Shown here in pieces: positions 44,063 to 57,408 of a stretch of DNA of 64,000 bases. Within the stretch, counting starts at the first letter, position 1, and each line of letters opens with the position of its first letter. The notes under the pieces were generated by a model. That model did not search any database. It was not told the DNA's origin and saw only the letters and a program-made list of their open reading frames with translations. The stretch covers positions 186,001 through 250,000 of the forward strand of contig NIVC01000974.1 of NCBI GenBank assembly GCA_002269645.1. The letters are read 5' to 3'. Source of the DNA: Macrostomum lignano. Taxonomy: Eukaryota. A program made the position numbers and the translations under genes.

Positions 44063-45590
44063 CAAGGCTAAGGCCAAGGCTAAGGCCAAGGCTAAGGCCA
44101 AGGCTAAGGCCAAGGCTAAGGCCAAGGCTAAGGCCAAGGCTAAGGCCAAGGCTAAGGCCAAGGCTAAGGCCAAGGCTAAGGCCAAGGCTAAGGCCAAGGC
44201 TAAGGCCAAGGCTAAGGCCAAGGCTAAGGCCAAGGCTAAGGCCAAGGCTAAGGCCAAGGCTAAGGCCAAGGCTAAGGCCAAGGCTAAGGCCAAGGCTAAG
44301 GCCAAGGCTAAGGCCAAGGCTAAGGCCAAGGCTAAGGCCAAGGCTAAGGCCAAGGCTAAGGCCAAGGCTAAGGCCAAGGCTAAGGCCAAGGCTAAGGCCA
44401 AGGCTAAGGCCAAGGCTAAGGCCAAGGCTAAGGCCAAGGCTAAGGCCAAGGCTAAGGCCAAGGCTAAGGCCAAGGCTAAGGCCAAGGCTAAGGCCAAGGC
44501 TAAGGCCAAGGCTAAGGCCAAGGCTAAGGCCAAGGCTAAGGCCAAGGCTAAGGCCAAGGCTAAGGCCAAGGCTAAGGCCAAGGCTAAGGCCAAGGCTAAG
44601 GCCAAGGCTAAGGCCAAGGCTAAGGCCAAGGCTAAGGCCAAGGCTAAGGCCAAGGCTAAGGCCAAGGCTAAGGCCAAGGCTAAGGCCAAGGCTAAGGCCA
44701 AGGCTAAGGCCAAGGCTAAGGCCAAGGCTAAGGCCAAGGCTAAGGCCAAGGCTAAGGCCAAGGCTAAGGCCAAGGCTAAGGCCAAGGCTAAGGCCAAGGC
44801 TAAGGCCAAGGCTAAGGCCAAGGCTAAGGCCAAGGCTAAGGCCAAGGCTAAGGCCAAGGCTAAGGCCAAGGCTAAGGCCAAGGCTAAGGCCAAGGCTAAG
44901 GCCAAGGCTAAGGCCAAGGCTAAGGCCAAGGCTAAGGCCAAGGCTAAGGCCAAGGCTAAGGCCAAGGCTAAGGCCAAGGCTAAGGCCAAGGCTAAGGCCA
45001 AGGCTAAGGCCAAGGCTAAGGCCAAGGCTAAGGCCAAGGCTAAGGCCAAGGCTAAGGCCAAGGCTAAGGCCAAGGCTAAGGCCAAGGCTAAGGCCAAGGC
45101 TAAGGCCAAGGCTAAGGCCAAGGCTAAGGCCAAGGCTAAGGCCAAGGCTAAGGCCAAGGCTAAGGCCAAGGCTAAGGCCAAGGCTAAGGCCAAGGCTAAG
45201 GCCAAGGCTAAGGCCAAGGCTAAGGCCAAGGCTAAGGCCAAGGCTAAGGCCAAGGCTAAGGCCAAGGCTAAGGCCAAGGCTAAGGCCAAGGCTAAGGCCA
45301 AGGCTAAGGCCAAGGCTAAGGCCAAGGCTAAGGCCAAGGCTAAGGCCAAGGCTAAGGCCAAGGCTAAGGCCAAGGCTAAGGCCAAGGCTAAGGCCAAGGC
45401 TAAGGCCAAGGCTAAGGCCAAGGCTAAGGCCAAGGCTAAGGCCAAGGCTAAGGCCAAGGCTAAGGCCAAGGCTAAGGCCAAGGCTAAGGCCAAGGCTAAG
45501 GCCAAGGCTAAGGCCAAGGCTAAGGCCAAGGCTAAGGCCAAGGCTAAGGCCAAGGCTAAGGCCAAGGCTAAGGCCAAGGCTAAGGCCAAG
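44063..45590. repeat. Perfect 12-bp array (aggctaaggcca) x about 127
   Basis: No variant unit seen across 1.5 kb. Confidence 0.98.
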
Positions 45591-46147
45591 GTTAAGGAAA
45601 AAATCATTTTTGGCGCGTCTCCCATGCAGGTGTCCAAATCTGAATTGCATCATCACTTGTGGCAAATTTTTGTGGGGATAAATACATGGGACATGGGCGA
45701 GACAGAGAGACTCCCCTGTGGCTGTGTGTTGCGTTCCGCAGACCCGGTCGAGATGGGGCGTTGGGAGGCTGGGCCCGCGTATTCCAGGTGACCTCTCGCC
45801 TATGTAATTTGGCAAAACTGTTGCCCACGTTTTTACTGCGCCTTTAATAATCTCCCAGCTGATCGAATTTCAGTACGGCTTAGCCCAGCCAGCAAGCATA
45901 ATTGATTTATGACAGTAATTGACCCGCAGAAGCAGCTCATCAGCCAGGTGGCCTGAGGCGGGGCTGAACAGAGAAATGCGAGACCTTGAAGCATACTCAA
46001 TATGAGGGAGAAAGCGATTGAGCAGTCTGGGGCTGAATGGCAGTTTAGAGAATTTGGTCGGACGATGCAAAAGTTTACGGAAGCCGTGAGAAACTGCGGG
46101 TTGAGAAAGGCTGGGGCTTCGAGATTGAAGTTTTGGGACTCCTCTGG

Positions 46148-46471
46148 AGGCCAGGAGGTCGTAGATTCTTCAGGGTGAGATGGGATTCTTCAGAGTGAGA
46201 TGGGGTTCTTCAGGGTGAGATGAGGATTCTTCAGGTTGAGATGAGGATTCTTCAGGGTGAGATGGGGATTCTTCAGAGTGAGATGGGGATTCTTCAGAGT
46301 GAGATGGGGTTCTTCAGGGTGAGATGGGATTCTTCAGGTTGAGATGAGGATTCTTCAGGGTGAGATGGGGATTCTTCAGAGTGAGATGGGGTTCTTCAGG
46401 GTGAGATGGGATTCTTCAGGGTGAGATGGGATTCTTCAGGGTGAGATGGGATTCTTCAGGGTGAGATGGGA
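46148..46471. repeat. 20-21-bp tandem array (ttcttcagggtgagatggga)
   Basis: Seen directly. Confidence 0.93.
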
Positions 46472-47319
46472 TTTTACTTCATGCACAGTGAGCAAAGAGT
46501 AATCTATAAAGAGCAATTGAACAGAATTCCGCGTACGCAATAGATGCGCAGACCGATGGAACAAGTGTATGCTGCACCCAAGTCAGTTCCCAGGCAGTGC
46601 TGACCTGCACACTGCATTTATCATTCGCATTCACAAAGCAGCACCGTTGTAAACTGTTAAAAGAAAATTCAGGTGAAATGATGAAGCTGTCTCTGTCTCT
46701 CTCTCAGTCCGCAGCTCGCGCCGCTTTCACCGCAATCAACGGCAAGTGTCGGTGGCCACGGCTTGTATACACCAGACTTGCTCGTGAGCAATCCATCATG
46801 CCGAATCTCTGTAAACATTGGCGACTGGGGGGCTCCGCAACCTGCAACAAGTGCTTCTTCATCGTATTGCCATCCAAGCCTCCCGCCGCTTCCCCTGCGC
46901 ACACTGTTGCCATGGGGGCGGCTTTAAAAAGCGCGACTGCGATTCAGTATATACGAGGTGGAAGGTTGCGATCCAAAGTGACAGATGAGGCAGTTGAGAG
47001 TCTGGCCCCGGATGCTGAGAAAGTCAGAATTTTAATATTGGAACTCTCGGGCACCCCGCTGGGATCTGCAGATCAACTGCCCAGACAGCTGCGGTTGAAC
47101 CGATTCCCTCAATTCCTTTTTAGTGTTGAGTGATTTTGGCATGCAGGTATTTGGCTCCTGTGCGATCGTCTTGGACTGTCGGCCTCGCCCACTTCAGGTT
47201 AAGTTGGATTTCCTGTGGGTCAGGGGGTGATCTGGGTCCGGGCCGATTTCAAACCAACCATTTCCAATTCCACTGTGGTCACCTCGCTTAAACCTGCTTC
47301 TTCCCTATAGTTTCCCCTC

Positions 47320-48300
47320 CCCGTTTCCGCCCCTTACAACTTGTTTCCGCCCATTACAACTCGTTTCCGCCCCTTCTAACTCGTTTCCGTCCCTTCCAAC
47401 TCGTTTCCGCCCCTTCTAACTCGTTTCCGCCCCTTCTAACTCGTTTCCACCCCTTCCAACTCGTTTCCGCCCCTTACAACTTGTTTCCGCCCCTTACAAC
47501 TTGTTTCCGCCCCTTAAAACTCGTTTCTGCCCCATTCCAACTCGTTTCCGTCCCTTCCAACTCGTTTCCGTCCCTTCCAACTCGTTTCCGCCCCTTCCAA
47601 CTCGTTTCCGCCCCTTACAACTCGTTTCCGCCCCTTCCAACTCGTTTCCGCCCCTTCCAACTCGTTTCCGTCCCTTCTAACTGGTTTCCGCCCCTTCCAA
47701 CTCGTTTCCACCCCTTCTAACTCGTTTCCGCCCCTTCTAACTCGTTTCCGTCCCTTCCAACTCGTTTCCGTCCCTTCCAACTCGTTTCCGCCCCTTCTAA
47801 CTCGTTTCCGTCCCTTCCAACTCGTTTCCGCCCCTTCCAACTCGTTTCCGCCCCTTCCAACTCGTTTGCACCCTTCTAACTGGTTTCCGCCCCTTCCAAC
47901 TCGTTTCCGCCCCTTACAACTCGTTTCCGCCCCTTCCAACTCGTTTCCGCCCCTTCCAACTCGTTTCCGCCCCTTCCAACTCGTTTCCGTCCCTTCTAAC
48001 TGGTTTCCGCCCCTTCCAACTCGTTTCCACCCCTTCTAACGCGTTTCCGCCCCTTCTAACTCGTTTCCGTCCCTTCCAACTCGTTTCCGTCCCTTCCAAC
48101 TCGTTTCCGCCCCTTCCAACTCGTTTCCGCCCCTTCCAACTCGTTTGCACCCTTCTAACTGGTTTCCGCCCCTTCCAACTCGTTTCCGCCCCTTACAACT
48201 CGTTTCCGCCCCTTCCAACTCGTTTCCGCCCCTTCCAACTCGTTTCCGCCCCTTCCAACTCGTTTTCGCCATTTCCAACTCGTTTCCGCCCCCTCCAACC
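47320..48300. repeat. 20-bp tandem array (ctcgtttccgccccttccaa)
   Basis: Seen directly. Confidence 0.96.
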
Positions 48301-49524
48301 TCCAAATCCACCTTTTTTGCCCCGTAATTTTCGCCTCATCTGACAGACACAACTTCCAGTCCTCAGTTCACAATTGTCAGTGAAGAGCACACGAAGCATA
48401 ATCTGCGGCCCTCATCAAGTTGCCCTCCCACTAAGCCAGCTTCACACTAATTCAATGCAGCGCATCGAAGCACCTGCAGTTGGTTTTCTCTCACCTGCTC
48501 TATTTCTCTTCTTCTGTCTTCCTGCCCGCCTCTTGGCCTGTCTGCAACAGCAGAGAGAGTCTTTAGAACTCTCGCTAGAAGCAATTGCCAACCAGACGAT
48601 AGGGTGAGTGCCGAAGCGCAATCATGCGCCTTGAGCACACTAAGACTGCGTGTGTGTATGTATGTATGTGTGTCTGTGTGTGTGTGGCACCTCCTTCAAG
48701 CGCCACCAGGTGGGTCGAGGGTGCAGCTCTCACACCTTTTTCGAGCGTGCAAACACACTTGTCCCGTCGGTCTTATCACAATGGACAATACCGAATCGGA
48801 GACTGTGGAGTTACTTAATAAATGCACTGCATCTATGAGGGGTGGGGGAATGGCTCTTAGCTTTTCTCATTCCTGCACACACACACACACACACACACTC
48901 ACACACCTATATCTCTGTGAACCTGCACGCGCACGGTCTAGGGACCAACCTGAGAATCTCGCACAGTTACAGGGGCTATGGAAAAAGCAAAGAAAAGCTA
49001 TTTAAGCTTGTCTGGGACCACCCACCGGATTTCTTCTCATCAGCAAAAAGGGGCAGGGAGGCAGAATGCGTCCAGCTCTGAGGCTCTCTGTGTCGCTCGG
49101 ACACTCCCCGGTGAGACCTGCGGCCCAGCAGTGAAAGCTGGCCTTGGGCCAAGCATAAGCCACTTTCATTGGAGCAGCAAGTGCAGCTGCAGAGAGGCGA
49201 TGAAGCCCCTGGCTGTCAGTCAGTCAGGCAATTATACTGGCAGGTTGAACTCGGCTTCCCACACTTTTGCCACCCGGCGCTGAAGCTTGCCATTTGGCCG
49301 TGTTATTTTTAGCGTGAGAACTGCCTCACTGTTATTAACTAAAATGCGCTTATTTGGGCACACACTGGCTTCAGCTTTTAATAGCATAGTTTTAATAGCA
49401 TTTATGATGCAGATGGCAAGGTGACTGCAGCTCTTTACAGCTGATAATTTATTTTGGGGGTGCTCAAAACAAATTATACTTACACTTGAATGGCATAGTT
49501 TCATCCTTCAGATTAAATACGATA

Positions 49525-51460
49525 CGCTTCAGGTTCAGAATAGCAGCTTCAGGTTCAAAATGGTAGCTTCAGGTTCAAAGTGGTAGCTTCAGGTTCAAAA
49601 TGGCAGCTTCAGGTTCAAAATGGTAGCTTCAGGTTCAAAATGGTAGCTTCAGGCTCAAAATGGCAGCTTCAGGTTCAAAATGGCAGCTTCAGGTTCAAAA
49701 TGGTAGCTTCAGGTTCAAAATGGCAGCTTCAGGTTCAAAATGGTAGCTTCCGGTTCAAAATGGTAGCTTCAGGTTCAAAATGGTAGCTTCAGGTTCAAAA
49801 TGGTAGCTTTAGGTTCAAAATGGTAGCTTCCGGTTCAAAATGGTAGCTTCCGGTTCAAAATGGCAGCTTCAGGTTCAAAATGGCAGCTTCAGGTTCAAAA
49901 TGGTAGCTTCAGGTTCAAAATGGTAGCTTCAGGTTCAAAATGGTAGCTTCAGGTTCAAAATGGTAGCTTTAGGTTCAAAATGGTAGCTTCCGGTTCAAAA
50001 TGGTAGCTTCCGGTTCAAAATGGTAGCTTCAGGTTCAGAATGACAGCTTCAGGTTCAGCATGGCAGTTTCAGATTGAACATGGCAGCTTCAAATTCAACA
50101 TGGCAGCTTCAGGTTCAGCATGGCAGTTTCAGATTGAACATGGCAGCTTCAAATTCAACATGGCAGCTTCAGGTTCAGCATGGCAGTTTCAGATTGAACA
50201 TGGCAGCTTCAAATTCAACATGGCAGCTTCAGATTCAACATGGCAGCTTCAGATTGAATATGGCAGCTTCAGATTGAATATGGCAGCTTCAGATTCAACA
50301 TGGCAGCTTCAGATTGAATATGGCAGCTTCAGATTGAATATGGCAGCTTCAAATTGAATATGGCAGCTTCAGATTCAACATGGCAGCTTCAGATTGAATA
50401 TGGCAGCTTCAGATTGAATATGGCAGCTTCAGATTGAATATGGCAGCTTCAGATTGAATATGGCAGCTTCAAATTGAATATGGCAGCTTCAAATTCAACA
50501 TGGCAGCTTCAGATTGAATATGGCAGCTTCAGATTGAATATGGCAGCTTCAGATTGAACATGGCAGCTTCAGATTGAATATGGCAGTTTCAGATTGAATA
50601 TGGCAGCTTCAGATTCAACATGGCAGCTTCAGATTGAATATGGCAGCTTCAGATTGAATATGGCAGCTTCAGATTGAATATGGCAGCTTCACATTGAATA
50701 TGGCAGCTTCACATTGAATATGGCAGCTTCACATTGAATATGGCAGCTTCACATTGAATATGGCAGCTTCACATTGAATATGGCAGCTTCAGATTGAATA
50801 TGGCAGCTTCAGATTGAATATGGCAGCTTCAGATTGAATATGGCAGCTTCAGATTGAATATGGCAGTTTCAGATTGAATATGGCAGCTTCAGATTGAATA
50901 TGGCAGTTTCAGATTGAATATGGCAGTTTCAGATTGAATATGGCAGTTTCAGATTGAATATGGCAGTTTCAGATTGAATATGGCAGTTTCAGATTGAATA
51001 TGGCAGTTTCAGATTGAATATGGCAGCTTCAGATTGAATATGGCAGCTTCAGATTCAACATGGCAGCTTCAGATTGAATATGGCAGCTTCAGATTGAATA
51101 TGGCAGCTTCACATTGAATATGGCAGCTTCACATTGAATATGGCAGCTTCACATTGAATATGGCAGCTTCACATTGAATATGGCAGCTTCACATTGAATA
51201 TGGCAGCTTCAGATTGAATATGGCAGCTTCAGATTCAACATGGCAGCTTCAGATTGAATATGGCAGCTTCACATTGAATATGGCAGCTTCAGATTGAATA
51301 TGGCAGTTTCAGATTGAATATGGCAGCTTCAGATTGAATATGGCAGCTTCAGATTCAACATGGCAGCTTCAGATTGAATATGGCAGCTTCAGATTGAATA
51401 TGGCAGCTTCAGATTGAATATGGCAATTTCAGATTGAATATGCCAGCTTCAGATTCAAAG
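49525..51460. repeat. 20-bp tandem array grading from tggtagcttcaggttcaaaa to tggcagcttcagattgaata
   Basis: Constant period with a transition zone at about 50040-50260. Confidence 0.96.
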
Positions 51461-52365
51461 CAACATATTAATACGCTTGTATTAAAAATGAGAGTTTGAA
51501 ATAAAAAAATGGCGTCTTCAGGTTACAAATGGCACCGTCTAAATTAAAAATGAAATTAAAAAAGCAATAAAAAGGATATACTTATAAGCAATTAAGAAAA
51601 ACGCTAAAATATTGCAACAATTTAAATTGACGCCAAAAATAATAAAAATTGTCAAATAGTAATAAGATTCTAAAACGCCATTTTTTGACAAATACGGCTG
51701 CCTTTGTTCACCCTCAGCAACCCTAGCAAGTGCCGGAACGGAGGTTTCCGGTCAGATAAATTTGCTCAAGTTTGGCCACAACTGCCAGCGCCTGTGCTCA
51801 CACAGCGGCAGCTCAGCAGAACAAACAGCCTCAGCCGAGCAAGCAGTGGAGCAAACAGTGGAGCAAACACTGCATGCACTGGGGGGTGCACCTCATCGCA
51901 GCACCGCACCAAAGTGTTATGATCATCTGCTGGCCAACTGGCAGAGACAGTTTGAAACACGAATTTCGCGCGCTTTTGCAGGTAACACAGCATGCCTCCC
52001 CCCCCCCCCGGTTCCGTGCTCAATGCGATTTCGTCTGCTCAAACTTTCTTCTCCCTGGCAATTGCTGAGCGGCAATGCATTTTCACTGTTGCGTAACAGC
52101 TTGTCTCTTAATTGCTGCTCAGTTTTTGTAGGCTAAAAAGCATAATTGTGCCTTTCGGGTAATAATGGGGGAATTTTGTCCTGGCTCTTGAATTACACAG
52201 CTCAAGGTGTGTTTCTGCAAATATCAGTATTCGTACCTCTGGACGGATAGGAGCGGGTGGGGCGGATCGGGACGGATAAGAGTGAATCGGGGTGGATGGG
52301 GCGGATAGGGTGGATAGCGCGAATGGGATAGGGCGGATGGGACGGAAAAGGTAGTTTAGGGGCGG

Positions 52366-53947
52366 AATCGGTGGTGTAGGGGCGGAATCGGTGGTGTATA
52401 GGGGCGGAATCGGTGGTGTAGGGGCGGAATCGGTAGTGTAGGGGCGGAATCGGTAGTGTAGGGGCGGAATCGGTAGTGTAGGGGCGGAATCGGTAGTGTA
52501 GGGGCGGAATCGGTAGTGTAGGGGCGGAATCGGTAGTGTAGGGGCGGAATCGGTAGTGTAGGGGCGGAATCGGTAGTGTAGGGGCGGAATCGGTAGTGTA
52601 GGGGCGGAATCGGTAGTGTAGGGGCGGAATCGGTAGTGTAGGGGCGGAATCGGTAGTGTAGGGGCGGAATCGGTAGTGTAGGGGCGGAATCGGTAGTGTA
52701 GGGGCGGAATCGGTAGTGTAGGGGCGGAATCGGTGGTGTAGGGGCGGAATCGGTAGTGTAGGGCATGGAAGAGATTGTGTAGGGGCGGAATCGGTAGTGT
52801 AGGGGCGGAATCGGTAGTGTAGGGGCGGAATCGGTAGTGTAGGGGCGGAATCGGTAGTGTAGGGGATGGAAGAGATTGTGTAGGGGTGGAATCGGTGGTG
52901 TAGGGGCGGAATCGGTGGTGTAGGGGCGGAATCGGTGGTGTAGGGGCGGAATCGGTGGTGTAGGGGCGGAATCGGTGGTGTAGGGGCGGAATCGGTAGTG
53001 TAGGGGCGGAATCGGTGGTGTAGGGGCGGAATCGGTAGTGTAGGGCATGGAAGAGATTGTGTAGGGGCGGAATCGGTAGTGTAGGGGCGGAATCGGTAGT
53101 GTAGGGGCGGAATCGGTAGTGTAGGGGCGGAATCGGTAGTGTAGGGGATGGAAGAGATTGTGTAGGGGTGGAATCGGTGGTGTAGGGGCGGAATCGGTGG
53201 TGTAGGGGCGGAATCGGTGGTGTAGGGGCGGAATCGGTGGTGTAGGGGCGGAATCGGTGGTGTAGGGGCGGAATCGGTAGTGTAGGGGCGGAATCGGTGG
53301 TGTAGGGGCGGAATCGGTAGTGTAGGGGCGGAATCGGTAGTGTAGGGGCGGAATCGGTAGTGTAGGGGCGGAATCGGTAGTGTAGGGGATGGAAGAGATT
53401 GTGTAGGGGTGGAATCGGTGGTGTAGGGGCGGAATCGGTGGTGTAGGGGCGGAATCGGTGGTGTAGGGGCGGAATCGGTGGTGTAGGGGCGGAATCGGTG
53501 GTGTAGGGGCGGAATCGGTGGTGTAGGGGCGGAATCGGTGGTGTAGGGGCGGAATCGGTGGTGTAGGGGCGGAATCGGTGGTGTAGGGGCGGAATCGGTA
53601 GTGTAGGGGCGGAATCGGTAGTGTAGGGGCGGAATCGGTGGTGTAGGGGCGGAATCTGTAGTGTAGGGGATGGAAGAGATTGTGTAGGGGCGGAATCGGT
53701 AGTGTAGGGGCGGAATCGGTAGTGTAGGGGCGGAATCGATGGTGTAGGGGCGGAATTGGTGGTGTAGGGGCGGAATCGGTGGTGTAGGGGCGGAATCGGT
53801 AGTGTAGGGGCGGAATCGGTAGTGTAGGGGCGGAATCGGTGGTGTAGGGGCGGAATCGGTAGTGTAGGGGCGGAATCGGTAGTGTAGGGGCGGAATCGGT
53901 GGTGTAGGGGCGGAATCGGTGGTGTAGGGGCGGAATCGGTGGTGTAG
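52366..53947. repeat. 20-bp tandem array (gtgtaggggcggaatcggta) with a 282-bp higher-order duplication
   Basis: Variant units at 52761/53043 and 52862/53144 are both 282 bp apart. Confidence 0.96.
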
Positions 53948-56900
53948 GGCGGATAGGATGCTCCAAGCAAGTGCGGATGTGTGTGCACAGTGAGGTGTCC
54001 AAGGCCAAATCTGTCCAGGATTTTAAGATCTGTTAAAAGGAGCTTGCATGTGTAGGCATTTGGACATTCAAACATTCTCAAAGTCTGAAAATGCCGCTAC
54101 AATTCCAGCTTGAGCCTCAAGTCCCATCATCCCCAAATTCTCATGCTCTAATGGCGATTTCAGAGGCTGGGAAGTGTGCTCAGTTCGAAGGTGTTAAGTG
54201 TTTGGGTTACTGCCGTTGCGTGTGTGCGGGTGGGGGAAATTCCATTAATTTTAAATGGGATCGCCCGACAGGACAGGAGATGCATGCAAATAAATGCAGC
54301 TAAAAGGGGCGGAGAAGTCAAAAGTTGACAGGACTATGAGGAGATATCTTTTGTTCAAATTAATTTCACTCAACGGACCGTCAGTAAATAGCTGTGCTTA
54401 CTATCTCACACACCCGACCACCCAGCCTCTCCATCGCCTCCCAATCTGACTGGTTGGCAATTCATTTTGCCCAAGCAGTGAGGCGCGAGTGTAAACACAA
54501 GGGATCTGTAAGTAGTTCGCTATCCCCCGGTCTGCAAAAAAAGGAATCCCATTATTATTCTGGGAGCCAAATGTGCAACGCAATTGCATCTTATCAATTT
54601 GAAAGTGACCGATCGCTGACAGTTCACGTTGGCCCGAATCAACATCGAGTTTGAGGAGGCCCTGGGATGATACCTGCTGACAAGTTGAGCAGGCAGTTGT
54701 GAATAAATTTTGTTTGGCTTCAATCTTGACCTGACCAGCTTAGTTAATCCAGCTGTCCAGATTGAAAGCTTAATCCTTGTGCCAGGCGTGACTGACTGAT
54801 GGGGAGGTGAGGCTTCCTAGTCAGCAGCTTGGTTTTTCGGTCAGCAACAGAGTTGCGACACCTCCTCCACTCTGATTGGCATCGGCGCTACACAAAGGAA
54901 ATGCGTGAATTTTGGCACATTTTGGCGCATCGATGTTGAAGCCCGCTGTTTGATAAGAGGAGCTCGGGAGCAGACTTCACGGCAGCGAGCCGAGATCTCC
55001 CGCTGCGAGGGAATCTGTCAGCTTCGGGAGGATCAAGAGAGATAAGAGACAAAGTCTCAATACGATTTTTTAACAACTGCTGAACTCGCTTGCCCCCCAT
55101 ATCGTACATGTAGTTGATGGCGCAACTAGCGAAGATACGCCCCATCCCTGCGGATCTGAAATTACCAGCTTAATAAAATGACTCAAATTAACTGAGCAAA
55201 GTATGGACCGAAGACCAAAACAGCAGAGATAATTTTATTATAGAAAACTTGGCCTGCAACCGGGGCTGCTCTCTCACCTCTGATTTAGCATCTGCATGCG
55301 CAACAAAGGTTTAAATAATCTTTCAAGCTTGTTCATCCGGCCCTAATAAAACAAACTGCGCGGGTGAAAGTGATCTGTGCTGGGCGAGAGGTTCTCCTTT
55401 TTTGGTTAATTGGCCATGCAGTTTTTTAGCATAAAATAGAGATAGCTTAATTAACAGTATTGAGCACTCGCCGCCTTTGCCAAAACTCTTGGGTAGGTGC
55501 GAGTATGATTGTTGTTCCTGAGTCAGTCTCGTGTGTCCTACGCGCATAGCAACTGAGATGCTCATATTGCTCTCCAGACGGTTAATCCCTTATGCCCGTG
55601 CTTTATGACTTTGCATTTGCACAGCTGGGAGACATGGCGCTTTGTCTTAAATAGCATCATCATCACTCCCCCGCTCAACCTCCGAAACATGGCCCGCCTG
55701 CGGTCGGTGTGTAAAATATGAATGCTAGCAGCCACAGTAATATTCTGTATATGGAACAATTGACTCAGACTTTCTACTCAATAAATGACGCATGCAGTCA
55801 CGCAGCGAGGCGTGTTGGCCAGCGCTGTCCAGGCGATCTGCTCGATGGGGTTGAGCAGTTCAGCCCTTTAACTGCGCCACTCTGTTACTTTCCGCTGCTC
55901 CAGCTCTTGTCTGATTTAACTTTTTTATTCCTAAGGATCCGTTAACTGGGCCAGCAGCGCTAATCAGTTCTGGCAGAGTTCCACACAATTCGATGATGAT
56001 GGCCGTTGAGGACCTACCAGGAATTTTAAAAGTTAACATTGTGATGTGCACACATGTACATGAATGAGTGCATGAGGTATGCCGCAAGACATATTGACCC
56101 GTGTCAAAGAGTTGTTTGGTTTAAGTTGACTTTAGATCAACAAAACTACCAATTAATGTTGTTAAACACACTCAAGCGTTCGGTCCACTTAGCCACTGGT
56201 TCTCACTCGTCGAACAGCGCCTGACTAAAGTGCTTTGCTCAATAGGGGAATATTCAAATACTTGATGTTGGGAAGAACGAAAATTGACTGCGAAAGATTT
56301 TGGTTTGGGTTAGGGTTTACGAGCTAAGGAGCTAAGGTTTAGGTTAGGTTTAGGTTTATGAGGTTTGGGCTTGGGTTTCGCCGTCAATCTGTGGCAGCCG
56401 ATTGTCGCAGACCCTCAATACCATCTGTCATTGACCCCCCTGTCTATAGTCCTGACTAGAAAGACGGATGGGATGTTTCGTTTCTTAGAAAATCTTTGAC
56501 AATTGGCTCCGTGCAGAAAAAATTCGGAATTAGGATTTCTCTTTTTTTTCTCTTAAAATTACGACCGGCTTTTATAAGACCAGAGATTAAATCATCTGTT
56601 TAGCATATGCTTTGCCTCTTTTGCTGCTTCATTGGATTCTTTTAAAAGCTTACTTTCTGGGAAATAGCCTTAGCACAACAGTACGTTGGCCCTTGACGCG
56701 AACTAAAATTTATTGCTCTTTTTTAGTGTAAAAACAACATAAATTCATCTAAAGCAAATTAAAAATGCATTTGACTGAATTTATCCTGTGAAAAATCCGT
56801 TTTTATTTTTTGTCAACTGACAAAGATGTATTAGTTGCATGTTCTAAATTTACTACTATCAGTAGAATCTAAATGTTAAATAGCCTAATATTCCAAGTGT

Positions 56901-57408
56901 GCATGAATAATTAATTGAAGCCTAATATGAGGCCTATAATGATGAATTGCTATATTTTCTTAAGTCGATGTCTGCAACAATCAGCGCGCGCGACGGCAGA
57001 AATTTTGTGTATTTGAAAATATCCATAAACTTATACAACTCTGTTGACAGACGTGGCAGCGGAAAGAAAGTAAGGAAAAATACAATGAAAAATTCCAGAT
57101 TCTGCACAGCGAGCACAATAGAACTACATACATGCCAGACCCCGAACAGTCCAACAGCAAATGAAGAGTGCATAAAGAGGTTAAAAAATCTCATTTGGGG
57201 GCGCGCCAATGACAAACATGGATAAAAAATGTGTACTTTATCTATCCCATACCTAGATTTTGATGTCTCATTTCCTCATGAGACAATCGAGTAATTTTGC
57301 TTACGGTATATGCAAAAAGGAAAGCAGAAACAGAAATACGTCTCATATTGTTATTGTGCGGCCTATAGGGCACGAAATAGGCAGGCAGCTTGGACATACA
57401 TCAGTAGA

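Noticed and set aside
44063-45590. True telomere array
   Set aside because: Units are TTAGCC/TTGGCC, not TTAGGG or TTAGGC, and are flanked by ordinary sequence on both sides.
43920-45815. Poly-LA, LSLG and RPRL ORFs
   Set aside because: Translations of the 12-bp array.
52108-54081. 657-aa and 550-aa Pro/Thr-rich ORFs (and similar ORFs at 47.5-48.4, 49.6-50.4, 38.1-39.7 and 63.3-63.8 kb)
   Set aside because: Translations of tandem arrays; no splice or codon-bias support.
54000-57300. Short ORFs between the 52-kb array and CFAP96
   Set aside because: No motifs, codon bias or consistent splice signals; treated as intergenic.
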